From NCBI GenBank assembly GCA_951406725.2, contig OX597818.1, positions 37,386,001 to 37,450,000 of the forward strand: DNA of 64,000 nucleotides, given 5' to 3'. Position numbers and translations under genes: made by a program. Origin of the DNA: Octopus vulgaris (taxonomy: Eukaryota). Shown here one piece after another: positions 38,586 through 51,149 of the stretch. Each line of letters opens with the position of its first letter. The stretch's first letter is position 1. The notes under the pieces were generated by a model. The model worked only from the letters and a program-made list of their open reading frames with translations. It did not search any database and was not told the DNA's origin.

Positions 38586-38842
38586 TTAGCATCCGTTTTC
38601 CATGCTAGCATGGGTTGGACGGACAATGTGCTATGCCTACTGCACCTAGGTTTCCCAAGCGGTCACCCATCTAAGTACTGACTAGGCTCGACGTTGCTTA
38701 ACTTCGGTGATCAGACGAGAACCGGTGCTTTCAACGTGATATGGCCGTAAGCTATAGTTATTTTACTAAATTCTTTGTTATATTTAAAAATGATTGAAAG
38801 AAACTGAGTATCTCAAAATAAATTCAGTAACAAAAGGGTTAA
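38418..38842. mobile_element. TTAA-flanked piggyBac-like MITE interrupted by the 5S-LINE chimera
   Basis: Inverted homolog of 37225-37455 with about 200 bp inserted at gataact-tagtt. Confidence 0.75.
38633..38752 (-). rRNA. Full-length 5S rRNA copy (probably a retrocopy fused to a LINE tail)
   Basis: Minus strand reads GCTTACGGCCATATCACGTTGAAAGCACCGGTTCTCGTCTGATCACCGAAGTTAAGCAACG...GATGGGTGACCGCTTGGGAAACCTAGGTGCAGTAGGCAT: 120 nt with box A, box C and pairing termini, but no oligo-T terminator. Confidence 0.92.
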
Positions 38843-38950
38843 TTGTTTTGGTATAACTTTTGCCATAATCAGAATATATATTTCAAATATACCCACATTT
38901 CTTGATTTTTAATTCAAATTTGTTATTATTGATGATGATAAAAGAAACTA

Positions 38951-39295
38951 TCATCATCATCATCGTTTAACGTCCGTTCTCCATGCTAGCATGGGTTGGA
39001 CGGTTCGACTGGGGATCTGGGAAGCCAGAAGGCTGCACCAGGCTCCGGTCTTATCTGGCAATGTTTCTACAGCTGGATGCCCTTCCTAACGCCAACCACT
39101 CCGTGAGTGTAGTGGGTGCTTTTTACGTGCCACCTGCACTGGTGCCAGGCGAGGCTGTGATCGGCCACGGTCGGATTGGTGCATTTTATGTGCCACCTGC
39201 ACGGAAGCCAGTCGAGGCGGCACTGGCTTCGGCCACGATTCGGATGGTGCTTTTTACGTACCTCCAGTCCAGGGGTCCTGGCATCTGCCAGGTGC
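38951..39295 (-). mobile_element. RTE-type LINE 3' UTR fragment
   Basis: CATCATCATCGTTTAACGTCCG...CCATGCTAGCATGG tail and the same subrepeats. Confidence 0.8.
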
Positions 39296-39371
39296 CAATT
39301 TTATAATAATATCTGTTATAATAATTAAGTATTTTTAATATGACAATTTTTTTTTTCTTAATATTTTTCAG

Positions 39372-39693
39372 TTACACTATGAGCCAAGATGGTTTTTGGC
39401 GCCTGCAAACTGTACGTTACGAAAGTGTCAATTTAATAGAACAAGTCATTGTCAATGTTGCTGATGCCACCGCTAATTCCGAAGAGATGGCATCATCAGA
39501 AAGCTGTGATCCAGCACCTACCACAGAATTAGTCAGTACAACATACAATCTAGAGATGTTAGGAGATGTAGCCCTTCATACGCCTAGTAAACTGGATATT
39601 GTCACTGAAAAAGTAACTGAAGAGGATGGAGTAAAGGCTAAAGATAGTTTTATTAACACTGACGACATCGAAATGGAGAAGGTCACTCAGTGA
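39372..39693 (+). CDS. HINFP: HINFP coding exon 9 (terminal)
   Basis: ttttcag acceptor. Encodes YTMSQDGFWRLQTVRYESV (HINFP DG..RLQ.VRYES motif) plus an acidic tail to TGA. The nine exons total 1434 nt = 477 aa + stop. Confidence 0.94.
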
Positions 39694-39991
39694 AACCTTT
39701 TTCCACTTTCATATCGCTTTTATTCAAATCGCAGTATGTAACTTTGCAAATGCTGATGTTTTATGTTTTAGCATTCTTTAAATATCACTGCTTCTAATTT
39801 GAACATTACCTTCTGCCTTATCTAAAATGTATATATTTCTCATCTGTTAATAATCTTATGTATAAAAAAAAAAAATGTTCATTTGGCTATTGTGATTTTT
39901 ATTTTATGTATACAAATGTTCAGTCAGCTGTAATGTGTTTGATATATCAATTCATAAAAACAACTTCATATCGACTATCTAAAAAGAGGAG

Positions 39992-39997
39992 AATAAA
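39992..39997 (+). terminator. Candidate HINFP polyadenylation signal AATAAA
   Basis: AATAAA about 300 nt after the stop codon, following an AT-rich 3' UTR. Confidence 0.45.
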
Positions 39998-40010
39998 AAA
40001 TCAGCTGTAA

Positions 40011-40399
40011 TCTATATATATAAAGCTGAAGTTGTCTGTGTGTGGCAGGTTTGGTAGCCTTCAACTAACACTATCTCCTCCGAGACCCTGCGGCGCAAGT
40101 TGACCAAAATTGAGAGTATGATAGAAGGAGGCTTGCTCTTCATTCCGTAGAAGATAAAATTCAAATTGGACCATGTTAACACCAAAAATTATTTACATCA
40201 AAAAGGTGCTTTTTTCTATGAAAATCCCTATATTTTACGATTTTTTGACTGCTGTGTTGCTATTTTTCGGTGTATTTCAACCAGAAAAATGTTCACTTAA
40301 AGAGAATAACAAGCTACGTAGTGCAAAATTTTTACTTTTCAAAAATTCCAATTCTAAAGGGTTGAAACAAACCTGAGCAATGCCGAGCGATACTTCTAG
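40011..40399 (+). mobile_element. Non-autonomous Helitron
   Basis: A|TC 5' end (TCTATATATATAAAG), degenerate GC hairpin (cctgagcaatgccgagcg) near the 3' end, CTAG|T 3' end, no TSD. Confidence 0.72.
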
Positions 40400-40616
40400 T
40401 TTCAGATAAAGTTTTCTTAGGAATGCTGACAGCCATTCACAACTGTATATATAGGTTGACATACTTGAAATACAACTTCAGAACAGAAACAGTTGCCCAC
40501 GTCTGCTCAAATTCATAGAATGTTTTAATGGTTCACTTTAGCTTTGTTCTTTATTTGTTAGGATATGGTACATATTGTGAGATAAAACAATGTCTATTTA
40601 GTTAAACTTTTCTGTT

Positions 40617-40833
40617 TTAACCCCTAAGCATTTAATCCGGCCATATCCCGTCTAAATATGCTGTTTTATGTTAAAACTGACCTGATCCAACCTCTTGTAC
40701 CTACCCTACAATGTCATTCTAAAAATGTACTAACATGCCATTGAAATCTTGAAACTACAAAATAATTTGATAAATTTGAAATGGGAATAAATAAGCAATA
40801 CATTTAACAAAGAAATCTGAAAGCTAGGGTTTA
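40617..40833. mobile_element. Second TTAA-flanked MITE family
   Basis: TTAACCCC..AGCATTTAA...cctaccctacaatgtcattctaaaaa...AGGGTTTAA. Relatives at about 22930-23151, about 56348-57072 (split by SINEs) and about 63760-63925. Confidence 0.65.
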
Positions 40834-40894
40834 AGGTGCCTCAAAAACATTTGATAATAAATACATGGCTGGTCTCAGAAAAATGTTGTATCTT

Positions 40895-42566
40895 ACATCA
40901 TGATATTTCAATGTCTGCTCTCCATGGTGGCATGGGTTAGATGGTTTGACTGGAGCTGATGAGCGAGAGAGCTGCACCAGGTTCCAGTCTGATTTGACCT
41001 GGTTTCTACAGCTGGATGTTCTTCCTAATGTCAACCACTCCAGGAATGTAATCGGTGCTTTTACATGCCACCAGTACGGGTACCATTTACATGACACTGG
41101 CAACAGCTATGACTATGATTTATAGGTTTCATTTATATGGTACCATCAACGACTACGATTCATGGGTGCCATTTACGTGGCACCAGCGACAACCACAATT
41201 CACAGGTGCCATTTAAAAGGCACTAGCAACAGCTTGACTCCAATTTTCATGGGTGCCATTTACAAAACACCAGCATGGCCACAACTACAATTTCACTTGG
41301 CCTGATGAGTCTTCTCATACAGTATATCACCAGAGCTTTCGGTCACTTATCATCACCTCCTTGAGGCCCAACATTCAAAGATCATGCCTCACCACCTCAT
41401 CCTATGTCTTCCTGGGTCTACCTCTTCCACAGTTTGAGATTGGCACATCTTTACACAGCTGTCCTTGTCCATACACGTCACATGACCCTACCAGCGTGGC
41501 CGTCTCTCTTGCACAGCACATCTGAAGCCTCTTATGCTCAACTTTTCTCTGTTATACATTGCACATCCTGCAAAGCATACTAGTTTCATTTCTTTCAAGC
41601 CTACACATGTCCTCAGCATTCACAGCCCATGTTTCACTCCAATGTAACATAGCTATTCGCACACAGGCATCATACAGTCTGCCTTTCATTCTGAGGGAGA
41701 GGCCCTTCATTACCAAAAGAGGTAGGAGCTCTCTGAACTTTGCCCAGCCTATTCTTATTCTTGCAGCTAGACTCTCAGAGCATCCACCTCCACTACTGAC
41801 TTGGTCACATAGATAACAGAACCTATCAACTACCTCTAGCTTACCCTGCTGGCATGTGATGGGGTCTATTTTCTGTACATTTGTAGTGTTCATTGCACCT
41901 GTACATCTTCCATGCACAAAAGCTATTTTCCTTGTTGACCTTCCTCTGATATTGCTACACCTCTTATGTGTCCATAGCTTACACTGAGTACATCTAATGA
42001 AGTTTCTACCTACGTCTTTTCTACAGATCAAGCAGGGCCATCTACCTGAGGGAATTTGTGATTTGTTTGCTTTCCTACTTACTAAAACTTTGGGTTTTGC
42101 TAGATTAATTCTAAGACCCTTTGATTCTATTCCTTGTTTCCCCATCTGAAATTTCTTCTCTAGTCCTGGAAGTGATTTGGCTTTGAGAACAAGGTCATCA
42201 TCATAGAGGAGCTCCCAGGGCCAGCCCATCTTAAATTCCACTGTTATTGCCAGGAGGGGTCTGAAGACTGACCCTTGGTGAACCCTTACTTGTATCCTGC
42301 ATTCATCACTATGCTCATTGCCAACCCTCACCTTACTAACAGCATCCCTATACATGGTTTGTAAAGCTCTAACCAACCACATGTCTATCCTTAGTTTCTG
42401 TATTGACCACCAGGTAAGGGATCAGTGAACCCTATGAAAGGCTTTCTCCATGTCAACAAAAGCCAAATACAAAGGTTTATCTTTGACTAGGTATTTCTCC
42501 TGCAGCTTCCTTACCAGAAACATAGTATCGGTGGTGTTTCTCCCTGGCACAAAAACAAACTGCATA
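40895..42566 (-). mobile_element. Degraded RTE-type LINE, related subfamily
   Basis: ORF 41552-42382 is homologous to the 46 kb copy (HQGSV, LLYDDD, CLICRKDVGRN) and has the same type of 3' UTR. Confidence 0.9.
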
Positions 42567-42791
42567 ACTGAAATTAGTCTTTGACAACATTAAAGTGTAT
42601 TGTGTTAATCCCCTGGACACGTTGCATTGATATGAAGTATAACCTTTTTATAGCTTGCTGGAAATAGATGTCAACATCCCATATGGTAGGATGAAAAATG
42701 GGTTTAAAGAACTTGAATCAAAATATAATATCTACTTGGCTATTTAGCTGGTAATTTAGTCATCTTAAAAATCAAATGATTTAATGTGTAC

Positions 42792-43135
42792 AGGTGTGAC
42801 TGTATGGTAAGTAGCTTGCTTACCAACTACATGGTTCTAGGTTCAGTCCCACTGCGTGGCACCTTGGGCGAGTGACTTCTACTATAACCTCAGTCCAGTC
42901 AATGTCCTGTGAGTGAATTTGGTAGATGGAAACTGAAAGAAGCCTGTGATGTGTATGTGTTTCCACCATTGCTTGACAACTGATTTTGGTGTGTTTACGT
43001 CACTGTAATCTAGCAGTTCGGCAAAAGAGACTGATAGAATAAGTACTATGCTTACAAAGAATAAGTCCTAGGGTCGATTTGTTCAACTAAAGTTGTTGCT
43101 CCAGCATAGCCACAGTCAAATGACTGAAACAAATA
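42792..43135 (+). mobile_element. SINE family A
   Basis: Diverged full-length copy. Confidence 0.8.
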
Positions 43136-44786
43136 GAGTGCAACTATTAATTGCTTAAAAATGACATTTAATCTGTTGTAAGCTGGTAGTTACATGCATT
43201 TTCTTTTTTCAGATCTCAAGGTTTCACATTTGTTGCTTGCTTTATTGCTAGCCTCACAATAACAAATATCTCAAATTTCCTTCATGTTCTTTGACTCCCC
43301 CCCCTACGTGCCTTCACTAGTCAGTTAAAGTGAGACAGTGTCACGTGACAACTTGCTGGGGCTGCCTCTTGGAGTCTACGCGGTAGGTATTTAAAGGGAA
43401 AAATTTGACAAGTCAGTCAGTCACCGGCTGACACTCGCTGACGATACATCGAAGAGGCCAGGGAACAGAAGAAAGAAGACATGCACCCAACACCAGAGCC
43501 GAAGGGGGGAGGGACGCCACGTCAAAACGGTAGAGGAGTAGGGGCCGAAACCGGACGTGGTTCCTCCTGATGATGTCTTGAGCTAACTGGATCCTATAAA
43601 GGAGCTGTTGTAGCAGACCACGAAACACAGTTGTAATTCCTCCAGCCGTAAGGCCAATGATGCCAGTTGTTTTCTTTCCACTCTCAAAATGCACTCCAGC
43701 ACCAAATTTGTTTATTTCTGTCTTTTTTTTTCAGGAATCTACCCCCAATTTTTTGAAACATGCAGCAGTTGTGTCCCATCCCTTAAACATCAGTCTCTGC
43801 TCTACTCGCCTACAAATCTAACTCTCTCACTTTTAGCATCTCAAAGGAGATGGAATCATTTAACAATTACATCATAACCTTAATCTCTCTCTCTCTTTCT
43901 CAGTGACCACCTCTTTGTCACTTGTCAGTGGTAACTCACTATTGAGGACTGTTTGCCTTGGGTCTACATGCTTTCCATTACATGGGTGAGGTTGCACCTT
44001 TGTAACATGCTGACAGAGCTCTTTATTGTTGTGTACCTGGAGGTTCAGTAATATCTTCTACACACTTTATTGTGTGTATTAACAATTTAATTATTGTTAT
44101 TTGAAACATGTCTTAACTTTTTGCACATGTCATCTACACAAAACCTATAATACAACTTGCCAGGTACATGCCCACCTATGAATGGAAACCTTGCAAGCAC
44201 ACTTCAATGAAAATATAATGGTCTAGTACCTCACCTTTTAAACATAACACAATTAAAACACTCAGTCATCTACTTTAATAATACTCTTGTGTTTACTCTG
44301 TCACAACATATGAATGATGGCAAACCTGGTAGTGAGATGGTGAAGAAAAAAATCAAACAGCGTTTCAACTCTGTGTATGTAAAAGGAAGTCATGTGAATG
44401 TTAGTGTGTGTGCAATGGAAGTGGGATGGTGGACATTCAATGCTGAAAAGAAAAATCAAACAGCATTTCAACTCTGTGTGAATATATGTGTGTGTGTACA
44501 AAGGAAGTATGTGAATGTTTGCATCTGTGATTATTATGGACCTTATTTATATATAAAATATTACAGTTTGCCATCAGTTTTGGTGGCTTGGGGCCAGCTA
44601 GTTACAAATTATATTCTTCACAATCTTTGATATGATAACATTGCAAAACTAACTGGGAGTTAAATGCTTCAGCTTTAATCAATATTTCTCTTTTTACAAT
44701 GGAAGAATTCTGTTTGCATTCATCAGACGGTACTACTGGTAATGCACAAATGTATGAGGATGCAACTAAAACAAGGCCATTCAACT

Positions 44787-45155
44787 CATCATCATCATCA
44801 TCATCATCATTTAACATCCGCTTTCCATGCTAGCATGGGTTGAATGGTTCGACTGGGGTCTGGGAAGCCAGGAGGCTGCACCAGGCCCAGTCTGATCTGG
44901 CAGTGTTTCTACAGCTGGATGCCCTTCCTAACGCAAACCATTCCGTGAGTGTAGTGGGTGCTTTTTACGTGCCACTGGCACAGGTACCAGGCAAGGCTGG
45001 CAACGGCCATGATCAGTTGGTGCTTTTTACGTACCATGGGTACAGAGGCCAGTTGAGGCGGCGCTGGCAATGGCCACGTTCGGATGGTTCTTTTACGTGC
45101 CACCGGCACTGGTATCACAACTACAATTTCCATTGATTTTTGATCGATTTCGATT
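44787..45155 (-). mobile_element. RTE-type LINE 3' UTR fragment
   Basis: (CAT)n tail and 3' UTR matching 45484-45870. Confidence 0.8.
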
Positions 45156-45483
45156 AGCAAAAATACAGTCATCAACAAGTATCATTGACATGCTCTCTCT
45201 CTTTCTCTTCTTTGCCAAGTTGGGATAGTATTATCATCATCGTTTAACGTCTGCTTTCCATGCTAGCATGGGCTGGACGATTTGACTGACGACTGGCGAA
45301 CCAGATGGCTGCATCAGGCTCCAATCTTGACCTGGCAGTAATTATAGCTTCATAAACTCTCTTATGTTGGTAAAGTCAATGCCATTTCTGTCCCTCATGA
45401 ATCTTTTGTAAGTCCAACCCCTGCCAAACGACCAATATTTTGGAAGAAAGGATTGGACACAACAGGTGTAAAGATGGGTTTGT

Positions 45484-47320
45484 TCATCATCATCATCATC
45501 ATTTAGCGTCCGTTTTCCATGCTAGCATGGGTTGGACGGTTCTACTGGGGTCTGTGAAGCCAGAAGGCTTCATCAGGCCCAGTCAAATCTGGCAGTGTTT
45601 CTACGGCTGGATGCCCTTCCTAACGCCAACCACTCCGTGAGTGTAGTGGATGCTTTTTACGTACCACCCGCACTGGTGCCAGACAGAGCTGGCAAACGGC
45701 CACGAACGGATGGTGCTTTTTATGTGCCACCGGCACGAGGGCCAGGCGAGGCTGGCAACGGACACGAAACGGGGCGGTGCTGGCAACGGTCGCGAAACGG
45801 AAAGTTCTCTTACATGCCACCGGCACTGGTAACACATCTGCAATTTCCATTGATCGATTTCGATTCTGATCCTCACTTGCCTCAATGGGTCTTCGCAAGC
45901 AGAGTTTCGACATGCCACCGGCACTGGTAGCACATCCGCAATTTCCATTGATCGATTTCGATTCTGATCCTCACTTGCCTCAACACGTCTTCACAAGTAG
46001 AGTTTTGTGTCCCAAGAAGGGAAGGTATGCATACGTAGGCTGGCTCCATCCCATGTAGAAGGCCACGGGTTGTGGACTCATTTGTCCTGCCGGGTCTTCT
46101 CGCGCACAGCACACTTCCAGAGGTCTCGGTCTCTAGTCATTTCCTCAGTGAGACCTAAAGTTCGAAGGTCGTGCTTCACCACCTCGTCCCAGGTTTTCCT
46201 GGGTCTGCCTCTTCCACAGGTTCCCTCAACCGCTAGGGTGTGGCACTTTTTCACACAACTATCTTCATCCATTCTCGCCACATGACCATACCAGCGCAAA
46301 CGTCTCTCTTGCACACCACAACTGATGTTTCTTAGGTCCAGCTTTTCTCTCAAGGTACTTACACTCTGCCGAGTGTGAGTACCGGCATTACACATCCATC
46401 GGAGCATACTGGCTTCATTTCTAGCGAGCTTACGCATATCCTCAGCAGTCACGGCCCATGTTTCACTGCCATGTAGCATGGCTGTTCGTACACACGCATC
46501 ATACAGTCTGCCTTTCACTCTGTGCGAGAGGCCTTTTGTCACCAGCAGAGGTAAGAGCTCTCTGAACTTTGCCCAAGCTATTCTTACTCTAGCAGTTACA
46601 CTTTCAGCACACCCGCCCCCGCTGCTGACTTGGTCACCTAGGTAACGGAAACTATCAACTATTTCTAGTTTTTCTCCCTGGAAAGTGACGGAAGTTGGTC
46701 TCAGAGCATTTTCAGTGTTTATTGTTCCTGAGCATCTGCCACATACAAAAACCATCTTCCTAGTTAGCCTTCCTTTGACATTGCTGCATCTCTTATGTGT
46801 CCATAGCTTACACTTGGTGCATCTTATAGAGTTTCTACCTACACCTTTTCTACAGATCGAGCAGGGCCATCTACCTGAAGGTGTTTGTGATTTGTCTACC
46901 TTCCTACTGATTACGACTTTGGTTTTAGCTAGATTGACTCTGAGGCCCTTCGATTCTAATCCTTGTTTCCACACCTGAAACTTCTCCTCCAGTTCTGATA
47001 GCGACTCAGCAATTAGAGCAAGGTCATCAGCATAGAGGAGCTCCCAAGGGCATCCTGTCTTGAATTCCTCCGTTATTGCCTGGAGGACTATGATAAATAG
47101 GAGGGGGCTGAGTACTGAGCCTTGGTGGACCCCTACCTCTACCCGGAATTCTTCACTCATTTCCAACCCTCACCCTACTAGCGGCGTCCCTATACATGGC
47201 CCGCACAGCTCTCACTAACCATTCATCTATCCCTAGTTTTCTCATTGCCCACCAGATAAGGGATCGGGGGACCCTGTCGAAGGCTTTCTCCATGTCAACA
47301 AAAGCCAGGTACAGGGGCTT
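45484..47320 (-). mobile_element. 5'-truncated RTE-type LINE: RT C-terminus with PHD-like Cys/His insert, 3' UTR and (ATG)n tail
   Basis: ORF 46078-47166 contains GVHQGSVLSPLLF, LLYADD, FRYLG, RLRWYGHV and GRGRPRKTW. 3' end CCAACCCATGCTAGCATGGAAAACGGACGCTAAA(TGA)n. Confidence 0.93.
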
Positions 47321-47907
47321 CTTTGGAGATACTTAAGCCCAGCCATCTCTGAGGAACAGCAACCATTGTAGTAGTAGTAGTAGTAAAAAAAAGAGACGTC
47401 ATGTCTCTGAGTGGCTTTATTAATCAGTTGGGTGGCCCTTTATTCAATGCAGTCTAAGATGTCCATATGTACAGCTACAGCATTGTTGCAAGTGATCAAT
47501 ACTTTGTTTTATGCTTTGTAGAGTATCAATTTTTGGGAGCTGAGGTATCTTCCTGCCCTGAAAATAAAGGCCAGTTAATACTACAATAACATCTGTTTCT
47601 CTAAAATTGCTAACTGCACATCCTGTCTACCCAAGGTTCTTTGTCACATCTCTAATCATCCTAGGTATTGCATCAGATATTTTCCTAATCTTTACCCCAA
47701 ACTAACTATCTGAAGTTCTCCATCTGCATGTATTTTATCTACTGGTACCAACCTATAGATGTTGAAGCTGGACATTATCTGCATTAAAAACCAGCAAAAG
47801 TTAGTAACATTGCCTTGCCTCTTCTGTTTACCTTACAAAAGAAATTCTCTCAATGCTTTCGTCATCTAAAGTTTTCGTGCTTTCTACAACCATGATATTT
47901 TGTCATA

Positions 47908-48130
47908 TGTGATGGTGTACTGAAAAGTTTGTGGCTTTAGGTAAAAGAAAATGTAGGAGGATCAGTTAATAATGTTTTTATGCAACATATTCCCCTCTCA
48001 GATTCACACATTTATTGCAGTGGTCCTTCAGTTTTTCTAAGTCCTATAAAATAACTTGGAAGGTTGGGCTTCCAACCAGGCCTTTTTGCGATACCCTTAA
48101 AGTCAGGAGCTTTTCAGCACCTTCTCTTAG
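47908..48130. mobile_element. Mariner-type MITE (same family as 53308)
   Basis: Shares TIRs and the internal caacatattcccctctcagattcacaca sequence. Confidence 0.7.
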
Positions 48131-49411
48131 ATTACAGAAGAGAATGATTACCACCATGATGTGCTGCAAAAGCCTGTTGCTGTCAATTGGTATTAATTCA
48201 ACCATTTCCTACTGCTCTCTCAGACAAGTCACAAGTTCTACCTTAAGCAATGGTACTTAAATTGCTATATATCTTGAACAAAATATTTGTAAAGAAGAAT
48301 CTGTTTTTCCTGTTGCTTTATGCAAAATATTGGTCATTGTCAACCAGTTACAGTTCTCGTAGCTACTGCATTCTTCTAAAATTTACATCAGTACAGCCAG
48401 CAGTCATTGTCATCATTTTACATCCACTTTTCCATGCTGGCAAGGGTTGGATGAATTGTTACAGTCCAAGTCAGTCACTGCCTTCCTAGACACTTAGGGA
48501 CCAGATCTTGCCAACCTCTGCACAGTGTATTAAGTGAATTTTATCAATATACACAAGAGAGTAGGAATTGCCTCCAGTAAGGCTAAAAAGTTTCCTTTAC
48601 CCTATGTTGTCTCTATGTATATATTAATATATAGATATGTTATTCAGATGAAGACGTCACACTGCTATGGATTAGACAGTATCTAATTTATGACATCTGG
48701 TGATTCATTTTATCATTATAAATAATGTTAAGCTGTTTCCTTAAAATAAAAATATCACCATAGCAGCATGGATTTTCAATATACACCACATGATTGTTTT
48801 GTGTAATTGTTATCATAGAGAACTTTGTTTTCTCACAATACACCTTTCATTATTAATAGGTCAGCAAAGGTGTAGGCTGTCATAGCATTGGAAAAATTTC
48901 TTTGCAGTATTTGTTCTGACTCTTCACATTTTGAGTTCAAATCCCACTGAAGTCAACTTTGCATTTAATCTCCACAGGGTCGATAAAATTGAGTACCAGT
49001 CAAGTGTCACTTATCAGCTAGTTCCTTCCCCTCAACAGAGCTGGCCTTGTGTTTAAAATTTGAAACCATTATTAATGTCACCAGGGTGGCAAGCTTGTAG
49101 AATCATTAGAGCATTGTAATATTTCTTCCAGTCTTTTACATTCTGAGTTCAAATCCTCTCATGGTCAACTTTGCCTTTCATCCCTCTGAGGTTGATAAAA
49201 TAAAGTATCAATTTCATACTGGGGTTGATGGTATTGACCAACCCTTTTCTCTTCTCTTCCATCAAAATTGTTAGCGTTGTGTCTATAGCAGAAACAATTA
49301 TTAATAGGTTACCACTAGCTCTTTTACATTGTGAGTTCAAATACAGCTGAGGTTTGGAAGATGACGAGATATAAAGATGTTATCATAAGATTCAAATGCA
49401 AAATTAATATT

Positions 49412-49775
49412 CTTTTCTACACTAAGCACAAGGCCTGAAATTTTGGGGGAAGGGGTCAGTCGATTAGATTGACCACAGTATGCAACTGGTACTTATCAAT
49501 CCCGAAAGGATGAAAGGCAAAGTTGAACTCAGGACATAAAGACAGACAAAAATACCTATTTCTTTACTACCCACAAGGGGCTAAACACAGAAGGGACAGA
49601 CAAAGGGATTAAGTCGATTATATCAACCCCAGTGTGTAACTGGTACTTATTTAATCGACTCCGAAAGGATGAAAGGCAAAGTCGACCTCGGCGGAATTTG
49701 AACTCAGAATGTAACGGCAGACGAAATACCGCTAAGCATTTCGCCCGGCATGCTAACGTTTCTGCCAGCTTGCTG
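49412..49775 (-). mobile_element. SINE family B (dimer)
   Basis: Reverse complement of the 2159-2545 arrangement, flanked by repeats of aaatgcaaaattaatatt. Confidence 0.8.
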
Positions 49776-51149
49776 CATTAAATGCAAAATTAATATTGCT
49801 GAAGCCATTCACAGTACATTCATATAACTGCTAAGTTGTAACAGTTATAACCCTTAGTAAATAGGGAAGGAATATTTAACCCTTTGATACAAACCTGCCT
49901 GAGACTCCCCTTCTTTATGAAACAAACTTTGTTTTAAGGTGATCTAAATTAAAATCTTTCATAATTTTCCAAACATCAGATTAATAATGACAGTTATTTT
50001 ACTAAATTCATCATGCATCCTTCTTCTCCAGCCACTATTCCCAGGAGTGTCATGGGGGTAGAGTCTTCAGGCACACCCATAAGGTCACATCAGATGCAAT
50101 CATCATTGCACTTTCCAACTGGATGCCTAAGGGCGATCAACTGAGACAATGGATGTTATCCAACCATCTTATTCTTGGTCTACCTATACATCTGCCAGTT
50201 GACCTGGCTTGAAAGATCCATTCTGCAATTCTGTCCTGCAACTTTCTAATCTCATGTTCATAGTACTGGAGTTGTGACTTCTCAATCCAGAGATGTAGGA
50301 ACTCGACTGGGAGAGACTCCCTGATCTCCAAGCCATGCACCCTGTCAAATAACGTTATTCCAGAAATATAGTAATAAAAGCTGTTTGTTGCAGTTATAAC
50401 CCTAGATCCTAGTTATTTTCAGTATACTTAAGATATTCTGTATTTATTGAGCTGGATCCCCAAACAGGTAAAAACAACCAGTTTGAGACAGAGCTGGATG
50501 AAATGAAGACTGTTCAAAATCTGGATTGCCTGGTCATTCATTGAAATTCTAATAAACTGTAAAGTGAAGCAACATTGTTATTATTTAAAATGTAATTCTT
50601 TCATGAATCATTAGGACTGATAATGTTCTTGCACAACTCTAATTTTCATAATGTTAAAACGGTTGAGGTAAATCTCTCTTGGGACAGTATTTTGCAGATA
50701 TGTTTTTCTAGAAAAGAAGGTAATTATTACTCTCCAAAGTTTGATGAACTGAGACAATATAGAATTAAATACCCAGTTCTTTTGTGCTGCACACCATGGA
50801 GATGATGCATTGGAAGATGATGAAATATAAAGATGTTAGTGTAAGATTTATTTACACTACAGTTCAGTTGATTGGTAAAGTAGAAGCTAAGGCGTAAACT
50901 GGGTAAGAGCTGTTCAGTTTTGCAGAGCAGTTTTATGAATATTAGTAAAATCCAATCCATCACTTTAGTAATGTATTGAGTTCTAATATGCCAGCTAATT
51001 TTGCCTTTCATCTTTTTTGCTATCAATAAAAATGCACCTCAAAGAAATCATTATTTTATGCAGTGCATGAAGAACATTGAGAATCCAAGCTATAATATAT
51101 CTATTCATTTGAAATACTATTAGGACACATCTGATTGCTGTTGCTTTTT

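Noticed and set aside
38633-38752. Functional 5S rDNA locus
   Set aside because: Single copy, no T-run terminator, fused to a LINE tail and inserted in a MITE, so better explained as a retrocopy.
47400-47900. Minus-strand exon at the ttttcag near 47560
   Set aside because: One frame reads like a decayed LINE RT C-terminus (RYLSSQKLILYKA) with stops.
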